From positions 1 to 63,207 of IMG/VR virus record IMGVR_UViG_3300019458_000036: DNA of 63,207 bases, one strand, 5' to 3'. Positions within the stretch are counted from its first letter, which is position 1, and the number at the start of each line of letters is the position of its first letter. This stretch comes from a virus. Taxonomy: Duplodnaviria > Caudoviricetes. Positions 44,870 through 53,333 of the stretch are shown in pieces. The notes beneath the pieces are model-generated. The model ran no database searches. It was not told the DNA's origin and saw nothing but the letters and a program-made list of their open reading frames with translations. Position numbers and translations under genes: made by a program.

Positions 44870-45039
44870 GTCTCTGTACCTCCAGCCGAACTTTTGTTGG
44901 CGTCGGCTAGCCAAGTTGACTCCTCGACGTTGATTGTCGGAGCGACCTCGTGGGGGTGAGTGAGCTCCCGCAGGTGGCCCGCCACTTCGCCGCTCTTGTG
45001 CTGGTTACCGTGAAAAACGTGACCGGGTTTGTCGCCCAT
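44851..45039 (-). CDS. Small protein with GHVFHGNQ motif
   Basis: 62 aa, GAGG RBS, motif shared with 9307..9768. Confidence 0.55.
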   Translation of the reverse strand: MGDKPGHVFHGNQHKSGEVAGHLRELTHPHEVAPTINVEESTWLADANKSSAGGTETWDSQK

Positions 45040-45041
45040 GC

Positions 45042-45278
45042 TTATCCTCTCTTGTTAGTCCACGAGAGCAACAGGCCCTTGAGCTCCGAGAGCTCCTTGA
45101 GGATGGCCTTGAAGTCCGCTTCGTAAATCTCTTGTCGGCGCTCGATCTCCGCGATGTCTCGGCGCAGGTTGACCTCAACCGCGCGGGCGTGTCGGGCGCC
45201 GAGCATGTCGTCCCGCAGCAGCATCGCCCCGCCCGTCACCACGATCCCCACCAGCGTCGCGGTCGCAAGTTCCCACAT
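45042..45278 (-). CDS. Membrane protein with coiled coil (holin-associated)
   Basis: N-terminal TM helix, in the lysis module. Confidence 0.55.
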   Translation of the reverse strand: MWELATATLVGIVVTGGAMLLRDDMLGARHARAVEVNLRRDIAEIERRQEIYEADFKAILKELSELKGLLLSWTNKRG

Positions 45279-45281
45279 GAC

Positions 45282-45458
45282 TCACCTCGGAGGTTGCTTC
45301 AGGACGAGAATCGTGCCGGTCACCCCGCCCGCGATTAGCTGAGCGAGGTGCTCGCGCCAGTCGGCGGCGTGGATGCCGTGGTTGGAAAGTAGTACAAGAA
45401 CCTGTTGCAGTGCTCCGCAGGCGAAGCCGATAGCGAGAGCCTTGATGAGGCGCCTCAC
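45282..45458 (-). CDS. Putative holin (2 TM)
   Basis: 58 aa with two hydrophobic segments, GTGA overlap. Confidence 0.45.
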   Translation of the reverse strand: MRRLIKALAIGFACGALQQVLVLLSNHGIHAADWREHLAQLIAGGVTGTILVLKQPPR

Positions 45459-46114
45459 GTCGCCCTCATCGCTGCCCGGATGGCCTCGAACTCGAGCGGG
45501 TGGGTCGGCCAGTGGCGCAAGGACCGCCGCGCGATCTTCGCGATCTCGAGGTTGCTGAGCCCGTGGCTCGCCGCCGCGAGCAGAGGCGGAAGCATCGCAC
45601 CGACCCAAAGCGCAAAGCCACCCGCGAACGGCGTGTAGGTTACCGTGAGGTTAAGGGTCGTGACCTGGATGGAGTTTGCCGAGTCGGTTGTTTCCTCGAC
45701 GCCTATCTCGGTAGTTGCCGAGGTGCCGTCGAAGTCGGCTGCCGTCCAGGTGCCGCCGCCTGGCCTCGTCCAGGCCGTTTCCGTGGTGTCGAGCCACGTC
45801 GTGCCAACGGGTGAGTTGGCGGTGCCATTCGTCGTGTTGCCGCCCAGGGTGAGATATGTTCGGCAGGCGATGGCCGAATCCGATCCGTTCTCCCGTGTGC
45901 GCCTGAACGTGGCGATGTCCGTGATGGTAGCGTTGTAGCCCCCTGCAAATGCATCGAGGGTAAAACTCTGCTTGGCGTTAATCGTCGAGATCGAGATCAT
46001 CGTGGTGGCGTCGTCGTCCGGTGCTCGGACAGCATCAGGTTTGGTGCCGCCGCCGACCAGATTCCACGAATCGCTAGCTCCGATGGCCAGGCACGCGAGC
46101 AGTTGAGTTGCCAT
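45455..46114 (-). CDS. Thr/Gly-rich minor virion protein
   Basis: TRPGGGTWTAADF motif, located at the tail-module end. Confidence 0.6.
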   Translation of the reverse strand: MATQLLACLAIGASDSWNLVGGGTKPDAVRAPDDDATTMISISTINAKQSFTLDAFAGGYNATITDIATFRRTRENGSDSAIACRTYLTLGGNTTNGTANSPVGTTWLDTTETAWTRPGGGTWTAADFDGTSATTEIGVEETTDSANSIQVTTLNLTVTYTPFAGGFALWVGAMLPPLLAAASHGLSNLEIAKIARRSLRHWPTHPLEFEAIRAAMRAT

Positions 46115-46115
46115 C

Positions 46116-47111
46116 TTAGAAAGCCTCGAGCCCGGAGAATGCCTTCGGGAAGGACAGCACACGGATCAGCACTTCGGCATCGGCGCCGACCGTGCCGGAG
46201 CCCACTTGATCGAAATCCACGTTGAGTTCCGCGTTTGTCTTAGAGCCGTTGTTTTTCTGCCCGGTAAAGCAGCGATACTGATAAGTGGAGTCGGGGTTCG
46301 CCCCGCCGAGGTTGGCCGAGGCCGCAACCTGAGGCCGCGTGGAGTACATCGATGTGTAGGCTGAGCCGTCCCACTGGTTGACGTCCACGATCCAGGCTTG
46401 CGTTGTCGGCGCCGTCTTCGTCTTGAGTGTGACGTTGCGAACGATGAAGGGACGGCCATTGATGAACCTGAACTTGTCCGTCCCCGTGGACAAGTTGCCC
46501 GATGTCGGGAAATAGAGAACCCCTTCGGACACGTCTGGTTGCAGGAAAAACTGGGGCGGCACCGGACCCAGGACCAAACAGATTCCCGAGAAGGTCGCGT
46601 TACCCGCGCCGCCGCCGATGTTCGTCTCGAGGATGAAGTCGAGCTTCGTGGCCGACGCATCGATGGTCATCGTCTTCGTGAGCCACTCGAAGGAGCCGCC
46701 GCCCGTGTGGTAGCTGGTGTAGGTCGGCGTTACGCCATCATCCACGCCCACGCGGGCAAGCGAAGCCGTCGCTGTGTAGACCCAGACGCCCCAAGAGATA
46801 ACGCGCCCCTTGAGCCCGGGGTCGATGGCGGTCATCAATACCTTGGTAAGTTTCGACGTGGCCGAGCCCATAGTGATCTTTGCCGCCATGCCCGCGAACT
46901 TGTAGTTAGTGATATCGCGTGAGCACGATGCGCCGGTCCCGGAGAGGGTCCAGTCGGCCGGGGCCGCCGACGATCCCGCCGGCCAAATGACCGGGTAGGG
47001 GTCGTCCATCAGGTTCTTCCAGGACAGCGAGTCCAAGGACTGGAAGTTTCCCCGGACGGGCGCCGATGCGAGTGCCGCCGAAGCGGCCGGTGCTGTTCTA
47101 TCCCATGCCAT
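46116..47111 (-). CDS. Tail fiber/receptor-binding-like protein with carbohydrate-binding-type domain
   Basis: YHTGGGSFEWLT, TAPT...IVDVN, LNVDFDQVGSGTVGAD. AAGGAG RBS. Confidence 0.7.
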   Translation of the reverse strand: MAWDRTAPAASAALASAPVRGNFQSLDSLSWKNLMDDPYPVIWPAGSSAAPADWTLSGTGASCSRDITNYKFAGMAAKITMGSATSKLTKVLMTAIDPGLKGRVISWGVWVYTATASLARVGVDDGVTPTYTSYHTGGGSFEWLTKTMTIDASATKLDFILETNIGGGAGNATFSGICLVLGPVPPQFFLQPDVSEGVLYFPTSGNLSTGTDKFRFINGRPFIVRNVTLKTKTAPTTQAWIVDVNQWDGSAYTSMYSTRPQVAASANLGGANPDSTYQYRCFTGQKNNGSKTNAELNVDFDQVGSGTVGADAEVLIRVLSFPKAFSGLEAF

Positions 47112-47128
47112 GATTCACTCCTTTGACA

Positions 47129-48328
47129 CTATACCCCAACTCGAAACTCCTGTCTCGCCTGATGTTCTACTTTAGGCCCGGGCTTTAACCCCACGTACCG
47201 CTCAATCATCGCCCCTTGAAGTAACCCGGTCATCGAGGATTGCATCGATTGGCAGTAGCCCGGGAGCACCCGGAAGCGGTTCGCCGGGTCCGTTCCGTCG
47301 CTCCCCACGTAGCGACAGTGGCAACCACCGAAAGAGACGGGGTTGGCGACACAGTTTGAACAGCTGAAACCGGGCGGCTGGATCATCTGGTCGTTTCGGA
47401 TTCCCGACACGTCAGCAAGCCGCTCGAGGTCTATCACGGGATCGCGGTTCACGTCCCCTACCCGGTAGTGCAGGTCCGTCCCCGGCGCCCGGCCCGGCTC
47501 CAGAGTGGTGAAGGCCATCTCTTGACTCGGGTAGAGCCACCCCTCGGGCGTGAGGGCGAGCATGTGAAGGCCCGTGCCGCACGGCTGGTCGGGTTTCACG
47601 AGCTTGAGGAAAGCCTCGTCGAGCTTCGAGATCATGTTGGAGCTGAAAGGCGGTCTCTCGCCCCGACGCGACTGGATGGAGAGGCGCGCCACGTGGCGCA
47701 TGAAGACCTCGAGGGCGATGCGCTGCTCGCCGTTCCACTCCTTAAGCCAGTTGAGGTTGAAGTTAATCCTCGAGAAGCCTCTCTGGATCATCCAGTCGAG
47801 GTGGGCCGCTGTCGGCACGCGGTCCGGGTCGAGCTGCCACGCGATCTCGATGCCAGGGCGCCAGGCGAGGATGTCGTCGACGGGGATGTCCTGCCAGCTC
47901 GGCTTGCCGCCGTAGTAGGGGCGCGCGAGGTTGTGCAGTTCCGGCGGCCCGTCAAGGGAGAGGAGGATAGCGACGCGGTGGCGGTCGAGGATTTCCCTCG
48001 CGCGGGCATCGAGCATCGTGCCGTTAGTGGTGACGGACCACTGGAGCTCCTTGCCGGCGCTCTTGAATGCCGCGTCCCAGGTCGGCATCGCGCGCTCCAT
48101 CAGGTCGAGGTTTAGCAGCGGTTCGCCCCCGTACCAGACGCACCAGAGGCCACTCGCGGCCCAAGTCGATGCCCAGGGTAGGGCTTTTTCGAGAAGGGCG
48201 TCATCCATCATCTTTAACAGGCCCTTCTCTTTTTGCCAGCCCCACGCGTGACTTCCTTGATAGCAGTACGAGCAATTCAAGTTGCAAGTTCGCGTATTCA
48301 CGATCCAGAGAGTTTCGGTGGTGGCCAT
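47129..48328 (-). CDS. Radical SAM protein with SPASM-like C-terminal domain (399 aa)
   Basis: True start MATTETLW (TAATG overlap). CNLNCSYC, YGGEPLLN, TTNGTML, SLDG, then CGTG...GWLYPS...CSNC...GGCHC...YC. Confidence 0.93.
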   Translation of the reverse strand: MATTETLWIVNTRTCNLNCSYCYQGSHAWGWQKEKGLLKMMDDALLEKALPWASTWAASGLWCVWYGGEPLLNLDLMERAMPTWDAAFKSAGKELQWSVTTNGTMLDARAREILDRHRVAILLSLDGPPELHNLARPYYGGKPSWQDIPVDDILAWRPGIEIAWQLDPDRVPTAAHLDWMIQRGFSRINFNLNWLKEWNGEQRIALEVFMRHVARLSIQSRRGERPPFSSNMISKLDEAFLKLVKPDQPCGTGLHMLALTPEGWLYPSQEMAFTTLEPGRAPGTDLHYRVGDVNRDPVIDLERLADVSGIRNDQMIQPPGFSCSNCVANPVSFGGCHCRYVGSDGTDPANRFRVLPGYCQSMQSSMTGLLQGAMIERYVGLKPGPKVEHQARQEFRVGV

Positions 48329-51300
48329 TACACCCGCTCCGAGACAGTCTGACAGTTCGACTGACAGGTTGACTGACAAGTCGATTGACAGGTATCTTGA
48401 CAACTGAGCTGACACGTCGCCTGCTTGCACGCCGTTGCTTGGCACGAGGTCTGACACACGGCGTTGCAGTCTACTTGAGCACTCATCTGACAAGCCTGTT
48501 GACAAGCAAGCTGGCAGTTTCCCTGACAGCTGAGCTCGCAGGTTGACTGGCAGTTGATCTGACAAGTTGTCTGGCACGAGCTCTGACAAGTCGTCTGACA
48601 GCCCGCGCCCTGGCAAGTCTGGCACGTGCTCTGACAGGTTGTCTGACAGTTGATCTGGCAGGTCGTCTGACACCCGCGCTGACAAGTCGTCTGGCAGGAT
48701 TGCTCGCAGGTGATCTGACAGGCCGCCTCGCAGTTGCCTTGGCACGATGTTTGACAGGTGTTCTGACACACCGCCTCGCAGCCGACCTGACAGGATGTTT
48801 GGCAGAACTGCTGACACTCCACGATGCACGCCGCCGAAGCAACGGTCACGCGATCATCCGTTGCCTCTACCTCAACCGTACCGCCAAGAGGATTCTTGCT
48901 CAACGAGATGATGCGAAAGATGTCATTCGCTAGAACTCCTCCGCGCGCAAACCCTCGCTGCCTCGAGAGACGAAACTTGTCGCCCACCTCGAGCTTCATC
49001 AACTTCGCGCCGAGCACCGTGAGCTTGATCTTGCGGGCCGCGGTCTTCGCGAGCTCGAGGAGCCGCCCCGATGCGGTAATGGCGTTAGTCGCGTTCTTCA
49101 AGTAGGTCTCGAACTCCCGGATATCCGGTCGGCCGAGCCGCACCGTAACGGACTCGTCAGTTGACTCCCGGGCCTCGAAGATCCCCGTGTCCGGGTCCTG
49201 ATCGTGCTTCACGCGTACGGTGGTGAAGACCTCGGTGTTGGAGGCACCCGAGTCGAACTTCGCGATATCCGAGTCCCGAACATCGAGGATGTTGTCCGGC
49301 ACATCGCCAACGTAGACATGGTAGAAGACCTTGCCCTCGCCGTTGACGATGATGTTGGCGATGTTCGAGTACTCCAGCCGGTCGAAGATCTCCTTCGTCG
49401 TGGTTGACTCGTTCATGTAGATCGCCAATGACTCAGGAGCTCGCTCGCGGCTAAACTCAAAAGAGGTCTCGTCAATCACCTCTGGGCTCTTGTGCATGTA
49501 GCTCACGAGAAGTGTCCGGCAGATGTCGGCCCCGATCTCGATGAGCGAGTTGCTCGACCCCGTGAATGTGCCCGCATCGTCGTCCTTGAAACCTTGGGCA
49601 TCGACTCGCAAGATGTGATTCTTGTCCACGTCGGAAAAGGTCGCGTTGTCGCCCTCGTAGCTTAGGGCTCCGGTCTTATCAGCCGAGAGGTTGTAACCCA
49701 GTGTCTTATAGCCCGCGATGGCCGCATTGGTCCCAGTCTTGACGAGGAGCTGTAGGGTGCCGGAGATCTTGCTGATGGTGAATTTGTGAGTCGTGGTAGA
49801 TAGCGAGCACGCGATCGCGGCACCCGACGCTGCCGTCATCTTGTCCGCCACCTCGGCCGCGATGGCCGGGCCGGTGTAGACTCCGACCGTAAGGGTAGCC
49901 ACCAACGAGCTGGCGCCGATGTTGAAGTCCAAGCGACGGTTTGTCTCGTCAATCGTATAAGGCCCAACGTCGGTGACGACGGAGAATTGCCCGTTAGCTA
50001 GGTCTTGAGTAAAGTCACTAGACAAGAGGGTTGCCGCCAAGTCCGTTCGATTATTAGTCGCATCCTGATCCGAGGGGAACGCAAGAATCTGGTCGATCGC
50101 TAGAATGCCTGCCGGTGACTCGGTACAGTCGGCAATCTCATACGTCCCAAAACTCGTTGTATCACTGGCATCAATTCGCGTCGGATCGATATGCTCCTTC
50201 ACGCCGAAGAAGAGCGGGCGAACTCGGCCCTGTTTTCGGGTGTCGAGGTTCCCGAAGCTCACGTCATCGTAGACGCGCGTCGGAAGCTTGAGGTGAAAGT
50301 AGACCCGCTGATCTTGCAGGTCGAAGCGAGCTTCCTGATCCGTGAAGCCTATCGATTGAACCAGCCCGGTGAATCCGCGAAACCAGTCATCTAGAAGAAT
50401 CTCCTGCAGGTCTCCGCTGAACTGCCCGCCCACGTTAACCAACACCTCTTGGTTCATCCACTCGAGTTCTGCCGCCAACCGTTCAAGCAAGCCATCGTGG
50501 TTCAACAGACTCACGCTACCCGAGCCGATTGACTTGCCGCCAAAGAAAAGGTCATTGCTCCCAGTCTGGATGGCTGGCACCGAGGCCGCGGTGAGCCTGG
50601 GCTCGTACCAGTTGAATCGATAGATGCGCTGCATCTGGAGTCCATCAAAGATGGTGGAACCAATGGCACCCCCGGCGGCAATGGCCCCGAACTGAAACTC
50701 GTGCTCGGTATCGAAGGCAATAAAGTCGAAGACGAACCTGCGCCACTCTGAGCCAGTCCGGTCAAGATTAACCCAATCTGGCGTTGAAAGCAGCGTTCGC
50801 CCGCGAGTATATTCAATGGATACTGTCCTGGCAGTATTACCGACCCGGAATCTGGCATCAATGTCTCCAGATGTCTTATACCAGCCGCTGGCCCTGTACT
50901 TCTTACCGACGACGAGCCCGTCGATCGTCAGCGAGATATCCCTGGTCTGGCCAGAGAGGACATCGAGCTCGACGGCGGATGATCCGTCTCTGACATCCGA
51001 TGTATTCTGAATCACGGATTCGGTGAGCGGATCCCAGATAACTGGGCCGTCCCACAGGGTCGCGCTATCATCCCAAAATGGAATGCCGGACCCGCCCATG
51101 CCCCAGCCTTCGGGACCGAGCCCGTCATCGAGCCAATCCTCGAAGCTCCCAACACCGTCTAAAAGATCTCGGCCGAGTACAGGATGGACCTGCTGGTCGC
51201 CCAGAGATGTCCGGCCGGCCGCCGAGAAGTAGAATCCCAGCGCCGCCACCGAGGAGGTTTCGCCCGGGTCGGTTTCGTCATCCAAGTGGGCGATGAGCAC

Positions 51301-51684
51301 CGAGAACTGGTCCCAGTAGATTGTAGGGCTCGCATCCCAGAAGCCAAGCGGATCATCCCACGTAGTGACACCCTGACCAAACTCCTCATCAGGATCGTAG
51401 AAGAACGTACCGGGAGTTGAAACACACTCGGAGATGGACTGGGCACGCTCGAGCCCGGTGTCGAGGAGGGTCCGCACCGATACTACGTCCCGGCGAATTC
51501 CGTCAAAGACGAATTCGAAAGGAATGGAATAGGCGTTGCCGGAGTAAGATGCCCACTGATCAGCGTCAAGAGTAGAGACGGGCCTCAGCTCTACAAAGAC
51601 ATCTTTAAAACTGCCTGTTTGCTCGCAAAGCTCTGTAAAATCTCTGAGACCGGAGCGCAAGCCGAGGACACCGTGTCCGATCAA
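48328..51684 (-). CDS. Large tail-tip/host-specificity protein with C-terminal (CQxx)n domain
   Basis: About 1120 aa, after tape measure and distal tail. RPLFFG hub-like motif and a CBM-like insert. The last 166 aa hold 39 Cys. Start uncertain (51684 or 51744). Confidence 0.85.
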   Translation of the reverse strand: MIGHGVLGLRSGLRDFTELCEQTGSFKDVFVELRPVSTLDADQWASYSGNAYSIPFEFVFDGIRRDVVSVRTLLDTGLERAQSISECVSTPGTFFYDPDEEFGQGVTTWDDPLGFWDASPTIYWDQFSVLIAHLDDETDPGETSSVAALGFYFSAAGRTSLGDQQVHPVLGRDLLDGVGSFEDWLDDGLGPEGWGMGGSGIPFWDDSATLWDGPVIWDPLTESVIQNTSDVRDGSSAVELDVLSGQTRDISLTIDGLVVGKKYRASGWYKTSGDIDARFRVGNTARTVSIEYTRGRTLLSTPDWVNLDRTGSEWRRFVFDFIAFDTEHEFQFGAIAAGGAIGSTIFDGLQMQRIYRFNWYEPRLTAASVPAIQTGSNDLFFGGKSIGSGSVSLLNHDGLLERLAAELEWMNQEVLVNVGGQFSGDLQEILLDDWFRGFTGLVQSIGFTDQEARFDLQDQRVYFHLKLPTRVYDDVSFGNLDTRKQGRVRPLFFGVKEHIDPTRIDASDTTSFGTYEIADCTESPAGILAIDQILAFPSDQDATNNRTDLAATLLSSDFTQDLANGQFSVVTDVGPYTIDETNRRLDFNIGASSLVATLTVGVYTGPAIAAEVADKMTAASGAAIACSLSTTTHKFTISKISGTLQLLVKTGTNAAIAGYKTLGYNLSADKTGALSYEGDNATFSDVDKNHILRVDAQGFKDDDAGTFTGSSNSLIEIGADICRTLLVSYMHKSPEVIDETSFEFSRERAPESLAIYMNESTTTKEIFDRLEYSNIANIIVNGEGKVFYHVYVGDVPDNILDVRDSDIAKFDSGASNTEVFTTVRVKHDQDPDTGIFEARESTDESVTVRLGRPDIREFETYLKNATNAITASGRLLELAKTAARKIKLTVLGAKLMKLEVGDKFRLSRQRGFARGGVLANDIFRIISLSKNPLGGTVEVEATDDRVTVASAACIVECQQFCQTSCQVGCEAVCQNTCQTSCQGNCEAACQITCEQSCQTTCQRGCQTTCQINCQTTCQSTCQTCQGAGCQTTCQSSCQTTCQINCQSTCELSCQGNCQLACQQACQMSAQVDCNAVCQTSCQATACKQATCQLSCQDTCQSTCQSTCQSNCQTVSERV
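48331..48828 (-). repeat. Coding 12-nt-period repeat encoding C-(Q/E)-x-x
   Basis: Recurrent TGTCAG/TGCCAG on the minus strand, with synonymous variation. Confidence 0.95.
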
Positions 51685-52790
51685 GCCAGCACCGTTTGAA
51701 AAGCAAGCCCCAGCTCCCAGTAGTTCGGCGGCACGCGGCTCCACTTGGGGTTTACTTTCAGGATGAGATAGCGCACGAACGAGGTATCGTCGTCGGGGTC
51801 AAAGGCAAAAAAGAACGGGCGTCCTCGATGCGTGAAGTCCAAGAACACGTCGAAGTCGATCTTCTCGGCAGGCGTGAGCGCTGGCCACTTCAGTCCCCAC
51901 TCCGTTCGGGTAGGCTTCTCGTTGTGGAAAGAGGCTCCGCGATCAGCGAGGCCGACCTCGGAGAGCTCTGCCCGGTCCTCGCTCCACTCGATGGCGAAGT
52001 CTATCCCCGGCTCGATAAACCCTGACACATGCAAGAGCCCGGCTTCGGTAAACCCGTCCGGGTTTTGCACGTCCGTGAAGACATGTCTCCAGAACGCGTA
52101 GGTTTGCATCGAGGTGAAAAAGTTGTAGCGCAGGGGCAGAGGACTCGTGACCGAGATGCTCTGAGTGTCCTCGAAGGGCGGCGCGGCCCAGGACGCGGAG
52201 GAGTTGGCCTGAGTCTTGACGGTGCCCGCCGCGAGTAAATTGTGGTTGAGGGCCAGTGAGACCTTGCCGTCGGCCGCGGACTGTAGCTCAACCTGGACCC
52301 ACTCCCGCGAGTGATAGGCAACGTTATCAGAAGTATAGGTGGTACTGCCTGACTTGTTGGTTTCCGTGAAACCGAGGTCAAGGGCCACTGACCTCGCGAG
52401 GTTGGCCCCGTCGAGGAACTTCAGCACCACCGCGGCGCTGCCGGTTGCCCGAGTGATCGTGAACTTGAAGTCATCGGGGTCATAGGTTACGGTGTAAGTG
52501 TTGGTGACACCTGAGGCCGCATTCATCTGCGCCTGCACGTGAGCGGCGAAGTCGGCGCCCGTCTCGTAGTTCCCGACCGTGAGCAACGCCACTCGAGCGT
52601 TGCCGTCTTCGGTGAAGTCGCATCTATCGTTAAAATTTGCGGAAACGTTCCATCCCAACTTGGAGCGCCATGTTGCAGACGGCGATGGATCTCTGAGCCG
52701 ACGAACGGGAAAGGAGAGATCTTGTGACGAGGCAGTCACCAGCGCCCCCGTGAATCCTGCGAAGGGCTGGTAAATTATGCGACCCGGCAT
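51681..52790 (-). CDS. Distal tail/minor tail protein
   Basis: 369 aa after tape measure. ALNHNL, YAFWR, GRPFFFAFDPD. Confidence 0.75.
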   Translation of the reverse strand: MPGRIIYQPFAGFTGALVTASSQDLSFPVRRLRDPSPSATWRSKLGWNVSANFNDRCDFTEDGNARVALLTVGNYETGADFAAHVQAQMNAASGVTNTYTVTYDPDDFKFTITRATGSAAVVLKFLDGANLARSVALDLGFTETNKSGSTTYTSDNVAYHSREWVQVELQSAADGKVSLALNHNLLAAGTVKTQANSSASWAAPPFEDTQSISVTSPLPLRYNFFTSMQTYAFWRHVFTDVQNPDGFTEAGLLHVSGFIEPGIDFAIEWSEDRAELSEVGLADRGASFHNEKPTRTEWGLKWPALTPAEKIDFDVFLDFTHRGRPFFFAFDPDDDTSFVRYLILKVNPKWSRVPPNYWELGLAFQTVLA

Positions 52791-53332
52791 GAAAGTCTCT
52801 CCAACTGTCGCGTGAGCCGCGCTATCTGCACTTCGGGACGAGCAAGGGCGGATTTCAGTGCAGCCCTATGTCTTTCTTTCACTTCGGGACGAGCAAGGGC
52901 GGCTTTTATTGCGGCCCTGTGTCTTTCCTTCACGTCGGGGCAAGCAAAGGCGGCTTTCACTGCGGCGTTGCGCTTTGCTCTCACCTCTGGTATCGGCGGG
53001 TCGCATCCTTCCCCGCCCAGAGTTCCGTTTGTGAGCCGGTGCCCCGCTTCTCGGTATGCCGCGATGGCACGTCGCTCCGTAGACGCGGTCATGCGGTCTT
53101 CAACAATAGCGAGCACTTTCAGCTCAGGCATGCAACCTTCGAGGATCACTTTGCGAAGCCAGTTGATTTTGTAAGAGTGTTCCGGACTGGTAGCGACCTC
53201 GCGAATGTGCCTGTCGAGGCGCCTTGTTGGGTTCTTTGCCTTGCCGATGTAGCGATAGTGCTTCGGTTCCGCAGGGTCAACGAGGGCATAGAGATAACTC
53301 CCTCGGGCGCAAGGAAAGTTTGAGAGAGTCAT
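52775..53332 (-). CDS. Free-standing GIY-YIG homing endonuclease-like protein
   Basis: YLYALVDP...RYIGKA...RLDRH...E...LTNGTLGGEG, then three 17-aa helical repeats. Confidence 0.85.
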   Translation of the reverse strand: MTLSNFPCARGSYLYALVDPAEPKHYRYIGKAKNPTRRLDRHIREVATSPEHSYKINWLRKVILEGCMPELKVLAIVEDRMTASTERRAIAAYREAGHRLTNGTLGGEGCDPPIPEVRAKRNAAVKAAFACPDVKERHRAAIKAALARPEVKERHRAALKSALARPEVQIARLTRQLERLSCRVA

Positions 53333-53333
53333 C

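Noticed and set aside
48329-48829. N-terminal 167-aa extension of the radical SAM ORF (47129..48829 in the track)
   Set aside because: It is an alternative-frame read-through of the Cys-repeat DNA. The TAATG-coupled ATG at 48328 gives a normal rSAM N-terminus.
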